From assembly GCA_902618335.1 (NCBI GenBank), contig CACNAI010000002.1, positions 7,828 to 71,827 on the forward strand: 64,000 nt of DNA, read 5' to 3'. The notes under the pieces were generated by a model. The model saw only the letters and a list, made by a program, of their open reading frames with translations, was not told the DNA's origin and searched no databases. Below are positions 7,720 to 16,336 of the stretch, one piece after another (position 1 is the first letter of the stretch; each line of letters begins with the position of its first letter). The position numbers were made by a program, and so were the translations under genes. Source of the stretch: an uncultured Prochlorococcus sp. (lineage in GTDB: Bacteria > Cyanobacteriota > Cyanobacteriia > PCC-6307 > Cyanobiaceae).

Positions 7720-9069
7720 ATGAGCATCAAAGATAAGGTTCCCGTTACAATTCTCACTGGATTTTTAGGTTCAGGGAAGACTACTTTGCTTAATAGAATA
7801 TTGAGTGAAGAACACGGGAAAAGAATAGCCGTAATTGAGAATGAATACGGTGAAGTAGGTATAGATCAAGGGCTCGTAATCAATGCCGATGAAGAAGTAT
7901 TTGAGATGTCAAATGGTTGCATTTGTTGTACTGTTCGCGGTGATTTAATAAGAGTCCTTGGCAACCTTATGAAAAGAAGAGATAAGTTTGACTATGTTTT
8001 AGTAGAAACGACAGGATTAGCAGATCCAGGCCCAGTTGCTCAGACTTTTTTCATGGATGAAGAGATTAGTTCTGAATTTACTCTTGATGGAATTGTGACT
8101 TTAGTTGATGCTGCACATATCGATCAGCAACTAGGAAGGAGTGATGAAAGTTCAGAACAAGTTGCATTTGCAGATGTTCTTGTCCTTAACAAAACTGATT
8201 TAGTCTCTGATGATGCGCTAAATACTCTTGAATCGAGGTTGAGAGATATGAACCGAATGACTCGAATTATTCGAGCCGAGAATGCCAAAGTACCAATTGA
8301 AACAGTCTTAAATCTAAGTGCATTTGATCTTGATCAGATCCTTAAACGCAGGCCAACATTCCTTGAACCAGAATATCCTTTTGAATGGACAGGTGTTTAC
8401 GATCTTGATACAGGTAAATATGAATTAATGCTGGAAGAAGGACCAGATCCTGAAATGTCCCTAGTAGCTATCGTTAACCAAGGTGAGAGTGAGGAGGAAC
8501 TTAAAGATGGGGCTGAATCCTCCGTAAGACTTTATGCAGAAAAAGCTAATACTTTAGAACCTGGAAATCCTATCCCATATGGAGAACATATAAATCTCAG
8601 ATTAGATGATAAAGGGAATAAATCCTTCATCCTGAACATAGAAAAAGCAACCAAAATAGGTTTGTTTACACAGCACACTGCTGAAGAATTCAATATGAAA
8701 GTCATTAAAAGTGAGGAAAATAAAGAGATTCCATTTAATACTGAAAGGTTTTGGCAAGCAGAGCATGAACATGATGATGAAGTAGGCTCAATTGCTATAG
8801 AGCGTTTTGGAGATGTTGACCCAGAGAAACTAAATACTTGGATGGGAAGACTTCTCTCAGAAAAAGGGGTGGATATATTCAGAACTAAAGGTTTCATAAG
8901 TTATTCAGGTAACCCAAGGCGAATAGTTTTCCAAGGAGTACACATGTTATTTACTGCTCAACCTGACAAAGAATGGGGTAACGAACCTCGTAGAAATCAA
9001 CTTGTTTTTATCGGTAGAAATCTAAATGAGAAAGAGATGCAAGAAGGCTTTGATAAATGTCTGATATAG
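7720..9069 (+). CDS. COG0523 (CobW/ZigA-like) G3E GTPase metallochaperone with an inserted domain
   Basis: GFLGSGKTT, NEYGE.GID, CICC metal motif, ETTG, NKTD; CobW_C-like C-terminus (IFRTKG, LVFIGRNL). Confidence 0.92.
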   Translation: MSIKDKVPVTILTGFLGSGKTTLLNRILSEEHGKRIAVIENEYGEVGIDQGLVINADEEVFEMSNGCICCTVRGDLIRVLGNLMKRRDKFDYVLVETTGLADPGPVAQTFFMDEEISSEFTLDGIVTLVDAAHIDQQLGRSDESSEQVAFADVLVLNKTDLVSDDALNTLESRLRDMNRMTRIIRAENAKVPIETVLNLSAFDLDQILKRRPTFLEPEYPFEWTGVYDLDTGKYELMLEEGPDPEMSLVAIVNQGESEEELKDGAESSVRLYAEKANTLEPGNPIPYGEHINLRLDDKGNKSFILNIEKATKIGLFTQHTAEEFNMKVIKSEENKEIPFNTERFWQAEHEHDDEVGSIAIERFGDVDPEKLNTWMGRLLSEKGVDIFRTKGFISYSGNPRRIVFQGVHMLFTAQPDKEWGNEPRRNQLVFIGRNLNEKEMQEGFDKCLI

Positions 9070-10130
9070 AACCATTTAGCCCAAGAGGCATGTTCCACGA
9101 GGGATGGACAGCTGAAGTTAACGATTATGCCATAGCATGTGGCTGGGCTCTTAAAGGAAAACAATTTCTTGTTGGCGACGTGGCAGGTGGTCTTTTTGCA
9201 TTCGAAGGAGATACTGGAAAAATTATTTGGAAAAAAGAAAATACACACTCTGGTGGCCTAATAGCAATGGCCATTCATCCAGAAGGTGAAATATTTGCAA
9301 CATCAGGTCAGGATGGAAATGTTCAAATTTGTAATTGTCACGAAGGTAAAGTAATTAAAACACTTGACCTTGGTAAGGATTGGGTAGAGCACCTAAAGTG
9401 GTCTAATGATGGTTTATTTCTAGCGATAGCTTCCTCAAAAAAAGTATATGTTTTTAATGAAGTTGGTGAAGAGAAATGGATCTCAGAAGACCATCCAAGC
9501 ACAGTAAGTGCAATTACATGGTCAAATAAAAATGAACTAGCTACTGCTTGCTACGGAAGAGTGACATTCTTTGACATACTTAATAATAAAACCAATCAAA
9601 AACTCGAGTGGCAAGGATCATTGGTATCAATGGAATTAAGTCCTGATGGAGATATAGTGGCCTGTGGAAGTCAAGACAATTCAGTTCATTTTTGGAGAAG
9701 ATCAACCGGAATGGATGCTGAAATGACAGGATATCCAGGAAAACCAAGTCACCTTTCTTTTGATGACAGCGGAAAATTACTAGCAACTAGTGGTAGTGAA
9801 AGAATTACAGTATGGAGCTTTATAGGGAATGGTCCTGAGGGGACTATGCCCGGAGAGCTATGCCACCATACAGAACCCATTTCGAGCCTTGCCTTTTCAA
9901 ATAAAGGTATGCTTGTAGCCTCGGGATCTAGGGATGGTTCTGTTGTCGCAAGTTTTCTAAAAAAAGATGGTAATGGAGACCCAGTTGGGGCTGCATTCGC
10001 CGGGGATTTAGTAGGGGCAATATCCTGGAGACCTGATGATTGTGCACTTGCAGCAGTTAACGCAAAAGGTGTGGTAAATGTATGGAAATTTAAAGTTCGT
10101 ACTAACCTTTTTTCGAAGGGGTTTAAGTAA
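9057..10130 (+). CDS. WD40-repeat beta-propeller protein
   Basis: Repeated H...V..L.WS.DG..LA..S.D..V..W units; start overlaps the GTPase stop by 13 nt. Confidence 0.88.
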   Translation: MSDIEPFSPRGMFHEGWTAEVNDYAIACGWALKGKQFLVGDVAGGLFAFEGDTGKIIWKKENTHSGGLIAMAIHPEGEIFATSGQDGNVQICNCHEGKVIKTLDLGKDWVEHLKWSNDGLFLAIASSKKVYVFNEVGEEKWISEDHPSTVSAITWSNKNELATACYGRVTFFDILNNKTNQKLEWQGSLVSMELSPDGDIVACGSQDNSVHFWRRSTGMDAEMTGYPGKPSHLSFDDSGKLLATSGSERITVWSFIGNGPEGTMPGELCHHTEPISSLAFSNKGMLVASGSRDGSVVASFLKKDGNGDPVGAAFAGDLVGAISWRPDDCALAAVNAKGVVNVWKFKVRTNLFSKGFK

Positions 10131-10149
10131 AAATTAAAAATTTATAAAA

Positions 10150-10305
10150 TCACCAATAGTTAGCTTTTAAATGTCTTTCCATACAAATGACCTCACAGTC
10201 ATTATCTATTCCTTTTGGGTGTATATCGCAATATGAGAGACATTGAAAATATTCGTCTATAGGATTAGATTGATTAGTCTTGCTAACTTCTTTTGAATGA
10301 TCCAT
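10150..10305 (-). CDS. Small protein with twin CX3C motif, 51 aa (MDHSKEVSKTNQSNPIDEYFQCLSYCDIHPKGIDNDCEVICMERHLKANYW)
   Basis: Manually translated; upstream GGAG Shine-Dalgarno-like sequence; regular Cys spacing. Confidence 0.7.
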   Translation of the reverse strand: MDHSKEVSKTNQSNPIDEYFQCLSYCDIHPKGIDNDCEVICMERHLKANYW

Positions 10306-10502
10306 AAAAGAGCTCCACAATTATTTAAAATTAAGATAGTCGAATTAAATATCAAAAGAAATAAGCAAAACTTACTAAAAATATCTCAAAAAAACAAACG
10401 AGATTGATTACTACTCTCGGACATTTTTATTTAAAAAGCAATGCGTATAAAAACGGATTGTCTTTAGAGAAATATTTTCCTAATTTTATATTGTTGAGTT
10501 CT

Positions 10503-10806
10503 AGGAGGTCTTTCAAAATGATCGATAGCCTGCCTGAAATTTCGGAATAAACCGAACTAATTTAATTAACTGCTCCAATTATTTTTTATTAATGTCTAAG
10601 CTTCCTTCTTCTGCATCGTTTAGGTGCCCTTTAAGAAACAAGCTTAATTCTAGAGTTTTTGCCCCAGTTAAAGACAATTAGTTGATTTTGGTGAGCATTA
10701 GCTTAATAGAAGTTAGCAACAAGGATCCATGATTTAGGTGCGTTATTAACTTTAGAAAAAAATATAAGCAAGAGATAAAAGAGGGCTTATAAAGCCCTCT
10801 TTTTTT
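10503..10806 (+). other. Candidate sRNA or micro-peptide transcript (SD + 10-codon ORF 10518-10550, 29-aa ORF 10592-10681, terminator)
   Basis: AGGAGG at 10503-10508 before ATG 10518; hairpin TTCGG-AATAAA-CCGAA over the stop; strong terminator with no long CDS upstream. Confidence 0.45.
10777..10806 (+). terminator. Intrinsic terminator
   Basis: AAAAGAGGGCT-TATAA-AGCCCTCTTTTTTT perfect stem plus T-run. Confidence 0.85.
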
Positions 10807-10873
10807 ATTTAAAAAAATAAGAAGACTTTCTTTTCATTTTTATAGATAATGATTAAAACAATAAAATTTAAAA

Positions 10874-11149
10874 ATGGTTCGATATTATTGCCCATATTGC
10901 AATCCTAAATATCAATTTCAAAAACAATCCTCAAAAGGTAGTTTAATTTGTGGCTTGTGCGGAGAGGATCTTGTAAAAAAACCTTTTATTAGGTTGAACC
11001 AGATAATTGCTTTAGTTGCTGCGTCATCATTACTTCTACCGTTAATATATACTTTTATTTTTTTAATTAAAAACCAAATAAATCCTCCTAATAAAAATTA
11101 TCAAGCGAATAGTGAATATAAAATAATTATCAAAGATAGAACTTCATAA
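10874..11149 (+). CDS. Zn-ribbon (CxxC...CxxC) membrane-anchored protein, 91 aa
   Basis: CPYC and CGLC motifs followed by one TM helix. Confidence 0.75.
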   Translation: MVRYYCPYCNPKYQFQKQSSKGSLICGLCGEDLVKKPFIRLNQIIALVAASSLLLPLIYTFIFLIKNQINPPNKNYQANSEYKIIIKDRTS

Positions 11150-11174
11150 GACAATTTAAAAACATCTCTATAGG

Positions 11175-11408
11175 TCAACCTCTACATAGTGATTTATTTA
11201 AACAAGAATTTTTTCTCTCAATATTTATTTGATAATCAAAATTTTTTAATTTATTTTTATTATTTATTACTTTAACTTTTTGACCACAATGTTCTTTGCA
11301 ACCACCATTAGATAAATTATGTGAATATAAATTGGAAATATTCGTAAGCATTAAAAAAAATATTATTTTATGGATTTGATAAATATAAGACTTAATTTTT
11401 AATATCAT
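11175..11408 (-). CDS. Small Cys-containing hypothetical protein (GGCKEHC...SCLNKSLCRG); start uncertain
   Basis: ORF track; two Cys pairs. Confidence 0.55.
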   Translation of the reverse strand: MILKIKSYIYQIHKIIFFLMLTNISNLYSHNLSNGGCKEHCGQKVKVINNKNKLKNFDYQINIERKNSCLNKSLCRG

Positions 11409-11439
11409 TTTTACATTATTAGTAAATAAATAATATCAG

Positions 11440-11676
11440 TTAATTCCAAGGAGTGTTTATAAGTCCCCAGATATCGAAGAAGAAAAATAAAACCGCAATA
11501 ACAACAAGATCCCATGCTCTTTCCCTAAAAGCCCAAGGCGCAATAAAAACTTCCCCAAGTCCGTGAAGTGCCGCTCCTACTGGTAGATGATCAAGAACTA
11601 GTAAACTATGAGAAAGGATAAAAAGAAAGCTAGCAAAATATCTAAAAAAAACAAATTGCCAATTACTAGAACTCAT
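11440..11676 (-). CDS. Small integral membrane hypothetical protein, 78 aa
   Basis: ORF track; three hydrophobic segments containing His residues. Confidence 0.75.
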   Translation of the reverse strand: MSSSNWQFVFFRYFASFLFILSHSLLVLDHLPVGAALHGLGEVFIAPWAFRERAWDLVVIAVLFFFFDIWGLINTPWN

Positions 11677-11752
11677 ACTTTTTAGATTTTTAAGAAATAT
11701 ACTTCAATGATCAAAATAATGAAATAGATCGAGTAAAGAGATATTATTTTTG

Positions 11753-11766
11753 GTATCCATAAATAC
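11753..11766 (+). promoter_or_regulatory. NtcA binding site GTATCCATAAATAC
   Basis: Exact GTA-N8-TAC; a TAAAAAT -10-like element begins 22 nt downstream; 47 bp before the ATP-grasp start. Confidence 0.7.
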
Positions 11767-11813
11767 GAATAAAGATTTGAAGCTCAAGTAAAAATTACTA
11801 AATGCAGAAATAG

Positions 11814-13247
11814 ATGTTTTCAGGTTATCGTCCTAAAAATAGTTTTGATGAATACTTTAAGGATAATGTTAACTCTGCTAGAGAAATATTGATTCCACTT
11901 CTTTCATCATTAGATAATATGGGACTTGAAGAATTAAACAGGAATCATTCTGCAGCAAAAAAATTATTACTTAGACATGGTGCCACTTTTAGATTAAATG
12001 ATTCTGGTTTGAAAGGAACGGAGAGAATATTACCTTTTGATCCACTGCCAAGAATAATAAGTAAAGATGATTGGATAACATTAGAAAAAGGTCTAAAACA
12101 AAGACTTGAGGCAATTGATTTATTCCTTGATGATATTTATAATTCTCAAAAAATAATTAATGACGGGATAATTCCAAGAGAATTAATAGAGAGTTCAGAA
12201 GGTTGGAGGCCTCAAATGATAGGTTTCAAACCTCCATTAAATAAATGGTGTCAAATTTCAGGACTTGATTTGATAAGGGACAGAAAGGGTGATTGGCATG
12301 TTTTAGAAGATAATTTAAGATGCCCTTCTGGGGTTGCTTATTTTTTAGAAAATAGATTAGTTATGAAAAATATTTTTCCTAATCTTTTCTCTGGCAGAAT
12401 TGTAAAACCGATTGATGAATATCCATCATATCTGTTAAAAACTCTTCAAGAACTTGCAGTTTGGACAGATACTCCAAAGATAGTTCTACTAACTCCAGGA
12501 ATTTTTAATAGTGCTTATTTTGAACATAGTTATTTAGCTCAAGAAATGGGCATCCAACTAGTTCAGGGTCATGACTTAGTTTGTAATGATGATTATGTAT
12601 ATTTAAAAACTACCTCTGGATTAAAAAGAGTAGATGTCATTTACAGACGAATTGATGATGATTACTTAGATCCCCTTAATTTCAGAAAAGATTCTTGTCT
12701 TGGTGTTAGCGGATTACTTGATGTTTTTAAGGCAGGTCATGTTGCTTTAGCAAATGCACCTGGAACTGGAATAGCAGATGACAAAATGATTTATTCTTTT
12801 GTTCCAAAAATGATTAAATATTATCTTGATGAAGAAATTATTATTAAAAATGTAGAAACATACATTTGTCATTACCAAAAGGATCGAGAATATGTTTTAG
12901 AAAATTTACCAAAACTTGTTGTTAAGTCTGTCTCAGAAGCTGGAGGATATGGAATGTTAATTGGCCCTCACTCAACAACAATTGAAATAGAAGAATTCGC
13001 AAATAAAATCAAAAAACATCCTAGAAATTTTATAGCACAACCAACATTAGAATTATCGACTGTGCCATCGTTATGTGATGGAGAACTATATCCATGCCAT
13101 GTTGATTTAAGACCATATATCTTAAGAGGAAAAAATTCATGGGTTAGCCCAGGTGGACTTACGAGGGTAGCATTAAAAAAAGGATCATTAGTCGTCAATT
13201 CTTCTCAAGGTGGAGGATGCAAAGATACATGGGTTGTAGGTAAATAA
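11814..13247 (+). CDS. Circularly permuted type 2 ATP-grasp protein (DUF404/DUF407)
   Basis: PFDPLPRII, VLEDNLRCPSG, VDVIYRR, GLTRVAL..GSLVVNSSQGGGCKDTWV motifs. Confidence 0.93.
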   Translation: MFSGYRPKNSFDEYFKDNVNSAREILIPLLSSLDNMGLEELNRNHSAAKKLLLRHGATFRLNDSGLKGTERILPFDPLPRIISKDDWITLEKGLKQRLEAIDLFLDDIYNSQKIINDGIIPRELIESSEGWRPQMIGFKPPLNKWCQISGLDLIRDRKGDWHVLEDNLRCPSGVAYFLENRLVMKNIFPNLFSGRIVKPIDEYPSYLLKTLQELAVWTDTPKIVLLTPGIFNSAYFEHSYLAQEMGIQLVQGHDLVCNDDYVYLKTTSGLKRVDVIYRRIDDDYLDPLNFRKDSCLGVSGLLDVFKAGHVALANAPGTGIADDKMIYSFVPKMIKYYLDEEIIIKNVETYICHYQKDREYVLENLPKLVVKSVSEAGGYGMLIGPHSTTIEIEEFANKIKKHPRNFIAQPTLELSTVPSLCDGELYPCHVDLRPYILRGKNSWVSPGGLTRVALKKGSLVVNSSQGGGCKDTWVVGK

Positions 13248-13248
13248 T

Positions 13249-14190
13249 ATGCTTTTGAGTCGTGTAGCAGAATCTCTTTACTGGATAAATCGTTATTTAG
13301 AACGTGCGGAAAACATATCTCGTTTCGTGGAAGTAAGTGAAGCAATGTCATTAGATTGTCCACCAGGAAGTGCAGAACCTTGGCTCCCTTTAATTGATGC
13401 TTCAAGTGATAGAGAATCTTTTGATAAAAGATTCCCAGATAAACAACCTAATGACGTTATTAATTTTTTAATAAGGGATCGTTTAAATCCAAACAGCATT
13501 ATATCTTGTATTCAAATGGCAAGAGAAAATGCAAGACAAATAAGAGACGTGATGACCACGGAAATGTGGGAACAAATCAATATCTTATATTGGAATATGC
13601 AAGAAGGAGAGGCAATATGGAATAAACCAAGACAAGAGCAATTAAGTGAAATTAGGAGAGAATGTCAGCTTTTTTATGGAATTACGGATGCGACTCTAAG
13701 CAAAGACCTTGCCTGGAGATTTAGCATTCTTGGAAGATTAATTGAGAGAGCGGACAAAACTTCAAGAATTTTGGATGTTAAATATTATTTACTTCTACCC
13801 AGTTTAGACGAACTAGGTGGAGTTCTTGATGAGTTGCAATGGATTGCCCTTTTACGTTCAGCTGGAGCTTATCAAATGTTTAGGAAAGCAGTGCAAAATT
13901 CTATAAAGCCTAATTCAGTAGCGAGATTTCTTTTACTTGATCCAATTTTCCCTAGATCAGTAAGATACTGTCTTGATGGGATAAGCAATACTCTTAAAAC
14001 AATAGATACCTCTCCATCTACTGAAAATCCTTCAGAATTAGAATGCATGAGAGGTTTGCTTAAAGCAAAGTGGAGTTATATCAGAATTGAAGATATAATC
14101 AATGATGGTTTACATGAGGCAATCGATTCATTGCAAATGGATTTAAATAAATTAAATGATCTCATTCAAGAAAAATATTTTATTAATTAA
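13249..14190 (+). CDS. Alpha-E domain protein (DUF403)
   Basis: MLSRVAESLYW..RYLERAEN and GRLIERADKTSR (paired ER motifs), FPRSVRYCL. Confidence 0.93.
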   Translation: MLLSRVAESLYWINRYLERAENISRFVEVSEAMSLDCPPGSAEPWLPLIDASSDRESFDKRFPDKQPNDVINFLIRDRLNPNSIISCIQMARENARQIRDVMTTEMWEQINILYWNMQEGEAIWNKPRQEQLSEIRRECQLFYGITDATLSKDLAWRFSILGRLIERADKTSRILDVKYYLLLPSLDELGGVLDELQWIALLRSAGAYQMFRKAVQNSIKPNSVARFLLLDPIFPRSVRYCLDGISNTLKTIDTSPSTENPSELECMRGLLKAKWSYIRIEDIINDGLHEAIDSLQMDLNKLNDLIQEKYFIN

Positions 14191-14198
14191 TAAGTTTA

Positions 14199-15059
14199 AT
14201 GATGAGAATTAAATACATTCACAAACTTGAATATAAATACGAAGACCCTGTTCAATTAGGCGAGCATAGATTATGTATAAAGCCAAGGTCAAATGGATTC
14301 CAAAGGCTAAAGAATTTTGAATTAAAAATAACCCCAGAACCAGAAATTATTTATCCATTACTTGCTGCCAGCGGAGAAGAGATTAATAGAATCAGATTCA
14401 ATGGAATAACAGACAATTTAATTATTGAATCAATTAGCGAAGTTGAAACTATCAAACATCCAAACATTATTGATGGAGTTAAAAATAGAGATTTAACATT
14501 ACCTTTTTGTAGAAGCATTATTAATAGAGATTTACAGGGAGCATTAGAGGGATGGATGCCTAATGGACAACATGATCCCTCTGCAGTAGAACTTGCCCAA
14601 GAAGCCTTAGCAGGAAGCATTAATAACGCATTATCATTTACCTATCAGCTCATAGAGATTATTCAAGATCGGGTTAAATATACCAAAAGACATACAGGTC
14701 CAGCATGGCCTGCTAGCAGAACGCTTAGAGAACGTATAGGTTCATGCAGAGATTTAGCAATGCTGATGGTTGAAGCTTGCAGGTGTATAGGTATCCCAAG
14801 TAGATTTGTAAGTGGTTATCATTTTGAAGATCCGTTACCCTCTGAGTTGGATTTACACGCTTGGGCTGAATTATATATTCCAGGTGCAGGCTGGAGAGGT
14901 TTTGATCCAAGTGGAAAGGGATTAATAGACGAAAGATATTTAACATTGGTATCCTCTTCCAAATCTAATTTAACTTCCGTGATTACAGGAAACTTTGTAG
15001 GAAAAAATAATCTAGAAAATACATTATCTTGGGAAATCAAACCTATTGAAATCAAATAA
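14199..15059 (+). CDS. Transglutaminase-like protein with bacterial N-terminal domain
   Basis: Catalytic triad motifs GSCRDLA, HAWAE, GWRGFDPS. Confidence 0.92.
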   Translation: MMRIKYIHKLEYKYEDPVQLGEHRLCIKPRSNGFQRLKNFELKITPEPEIIYPLLAASGEEINRIRFNGITDNLIIESISEVETIKHPNIIDGVKNRDLTLPFCRSIINRDLQGALEGWMPNGQHDPSAVELAQEALAGSINNALSFTYQLIEIIQDRVKYTKRHTGPAWPASRTLRERIGSCRDLAMLMVEACRCIGIPSRFVSGYHFEDPLPSELDLHAWAELYIPGAGWRGFDPSGKGLIDERYLTLVSSSKSNLTSVITGNFVGKNNLENTLSWEIKPIEIK

Positions 15060-15202
15060 AACTTCAAATATATATATATTTAATATTTAATCTCCAAAGA
15101 AAATGAGAAAAGATAAATAAAAATATGTTTTCTTTTTGGTGTTAATTGATACGTTCTAAGAGATATATATCTGTTTTCATTTGACTAAATCTTTAAAGAA
15201 AA

Positions 15203-15724
15203 TTGAACTCAAGTCTAGAAATTTCAGTAATCAAACCAAACAAATCAAAAATGTTTGAATTGATAAGTTATGAAAAATTTCGCGATACAAAAGATGTCAG
15301 ATTCTTTGATATTACTATTAATGAATCAAATTATAGAGATCTAGTTATTCACAGTGGTCCTGCAGTTAGTCCCCCAAATGATGAAGATTTTAACAACTGG
15401 CAATTTTATATTCATCATAATCAAGAAGATAATCTATTAGCTATCTCTGGGGGTAGAACATTTTTTCTTGTTAATTTTGGGTGGGATTATCCTTTTTATA
15501 AAGTAAGATTAGAATCTTGCAGCCACATTCTAAGAATACCTAGAGGAACTTTTCATAGATCAGTATCTGACGAAAAAGGTTCCATAGTTTTAAATCAAGC
15601 CATTAGAGATAAAGAAGGTACAATTGAATCTGAATTTAAGGTTACGAACAGCAAAGATAATAAAAAACTTCTTGATTGCATAACTAATTTGGAGCCTAGA
15701 TTTAAAATTTATAGTGTTAAATAA
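15203..15724 (+). CDS. Cupin-like protein of the picocyanobacterial/cyanophage 'HN' (misnamed hemagglutinin-neuraminidase) family; start probably ATG at 15251
   Basis: FRDT.DV.FFDI, DLV.H.GPA.SPP, QFYIH..Q.D, IP.GT.HRS.S..GSIVLNQAIRD motifs. Confidence 0.7.
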   Translation: MNSSLEISVIKPNKSKMFELISYEKFRDTKDVRFFDITINESNYRDLVIHSGPAVSPPNDEDFNNWQFYIHHNQEDNLLAISGGRTFFLVNFGWDYPFYKVRLESCSHILRIPRGTFHRSVSDEKGSIVLNQAIRDKEGTIESEFKVTNSKDNKKLLDCITNLEPRFKIYSVK

Positions 15725-15808
15725 TCTTAAAAAGGAGTTCCAAATTTATACATCAATTTAAAAAAATAATCTAATTGTTATAAAATATGATTATTCAAAT
15801 TTTTTGGT

Positions 15809-16327
15809 ATGAAATTTTTTAGGTTTTTAAGATATTTTTTATGCATAACTTTTTCTTTTTTAGTTTTATCCTCTCCAGTTTTTGCGGGGGCGAATGTTGC
15901 TGTAAAGGGGGAAGGAGATGAAGTCCCAAGTTACGTTAGATCAAATATTACAGGATTTGATTTCCATGGAGAGGATCTTCATTTGTCTTCTATAGCTGGA
16001 GCGGTTGCGAGAGATGCAGATTTTAGTGATGTTGATTTACATGGAACTACATTAACTCTATCTGATTTAAAAGGTTCTAATTTAAATGGAATCGACCTGA
16101 CCGATACTCTTTCAGATCGAGTTAATTTCCAAAAAACAGATCTTAGAAATGCTGTTTTGATAAATATGATTGCATCTGGCAGCAGTTTTGCAGGAGCTCA
16201 AATAGAAGGAGCGGATTTTTCTTATGCCATTCTTGACAGCGAAGACCAAAGAAATCTTTGTGAAATTGCTGATGGGATCAATCCAACAACAGGAGTTTCA
16301 ACAAGAGAGAGTCTTGAGTGTAGTTAG
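15809..16327 (+). CDS. Pentapeptide-repeat protein (exported/lumenal)
   Basis: Signal peptide; A(D/N)(L/F)xx repeats; C-terminal LC..ADG.NP.TG..TRESL.C. Confidence 0.92.
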   Translation: MKFFRFLRYFLCITFSFLVLSSPVFAGANVAVKGEGDEVPSYVRSNITGFDFHGEDLHLSSIAGAVARDADFSDVDLHGTTLTLSDLKGSNLNGIDLTDTLSDRVNFQKTDLRNAVLINMIASGSSFAGAQIEGADFSYAILDSEDQRNLCEIADGINPTTGVSTRESLECS

Positions 16328-16336
16328 CAATAAAAA

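Noticed and set aside
7720-9069. Calling the GTPase a true cobalamin-pathway CobW
   Set aside because: Its context is a Zur-boxed metal uptake locus rather than cob genes; left as COG0523 family
15066-15085. (AT)n palindromic run after the transglutaminase gene
   Set aside because: Low-complexity AT tract expected at this base composition; no GC stem to support a terminator
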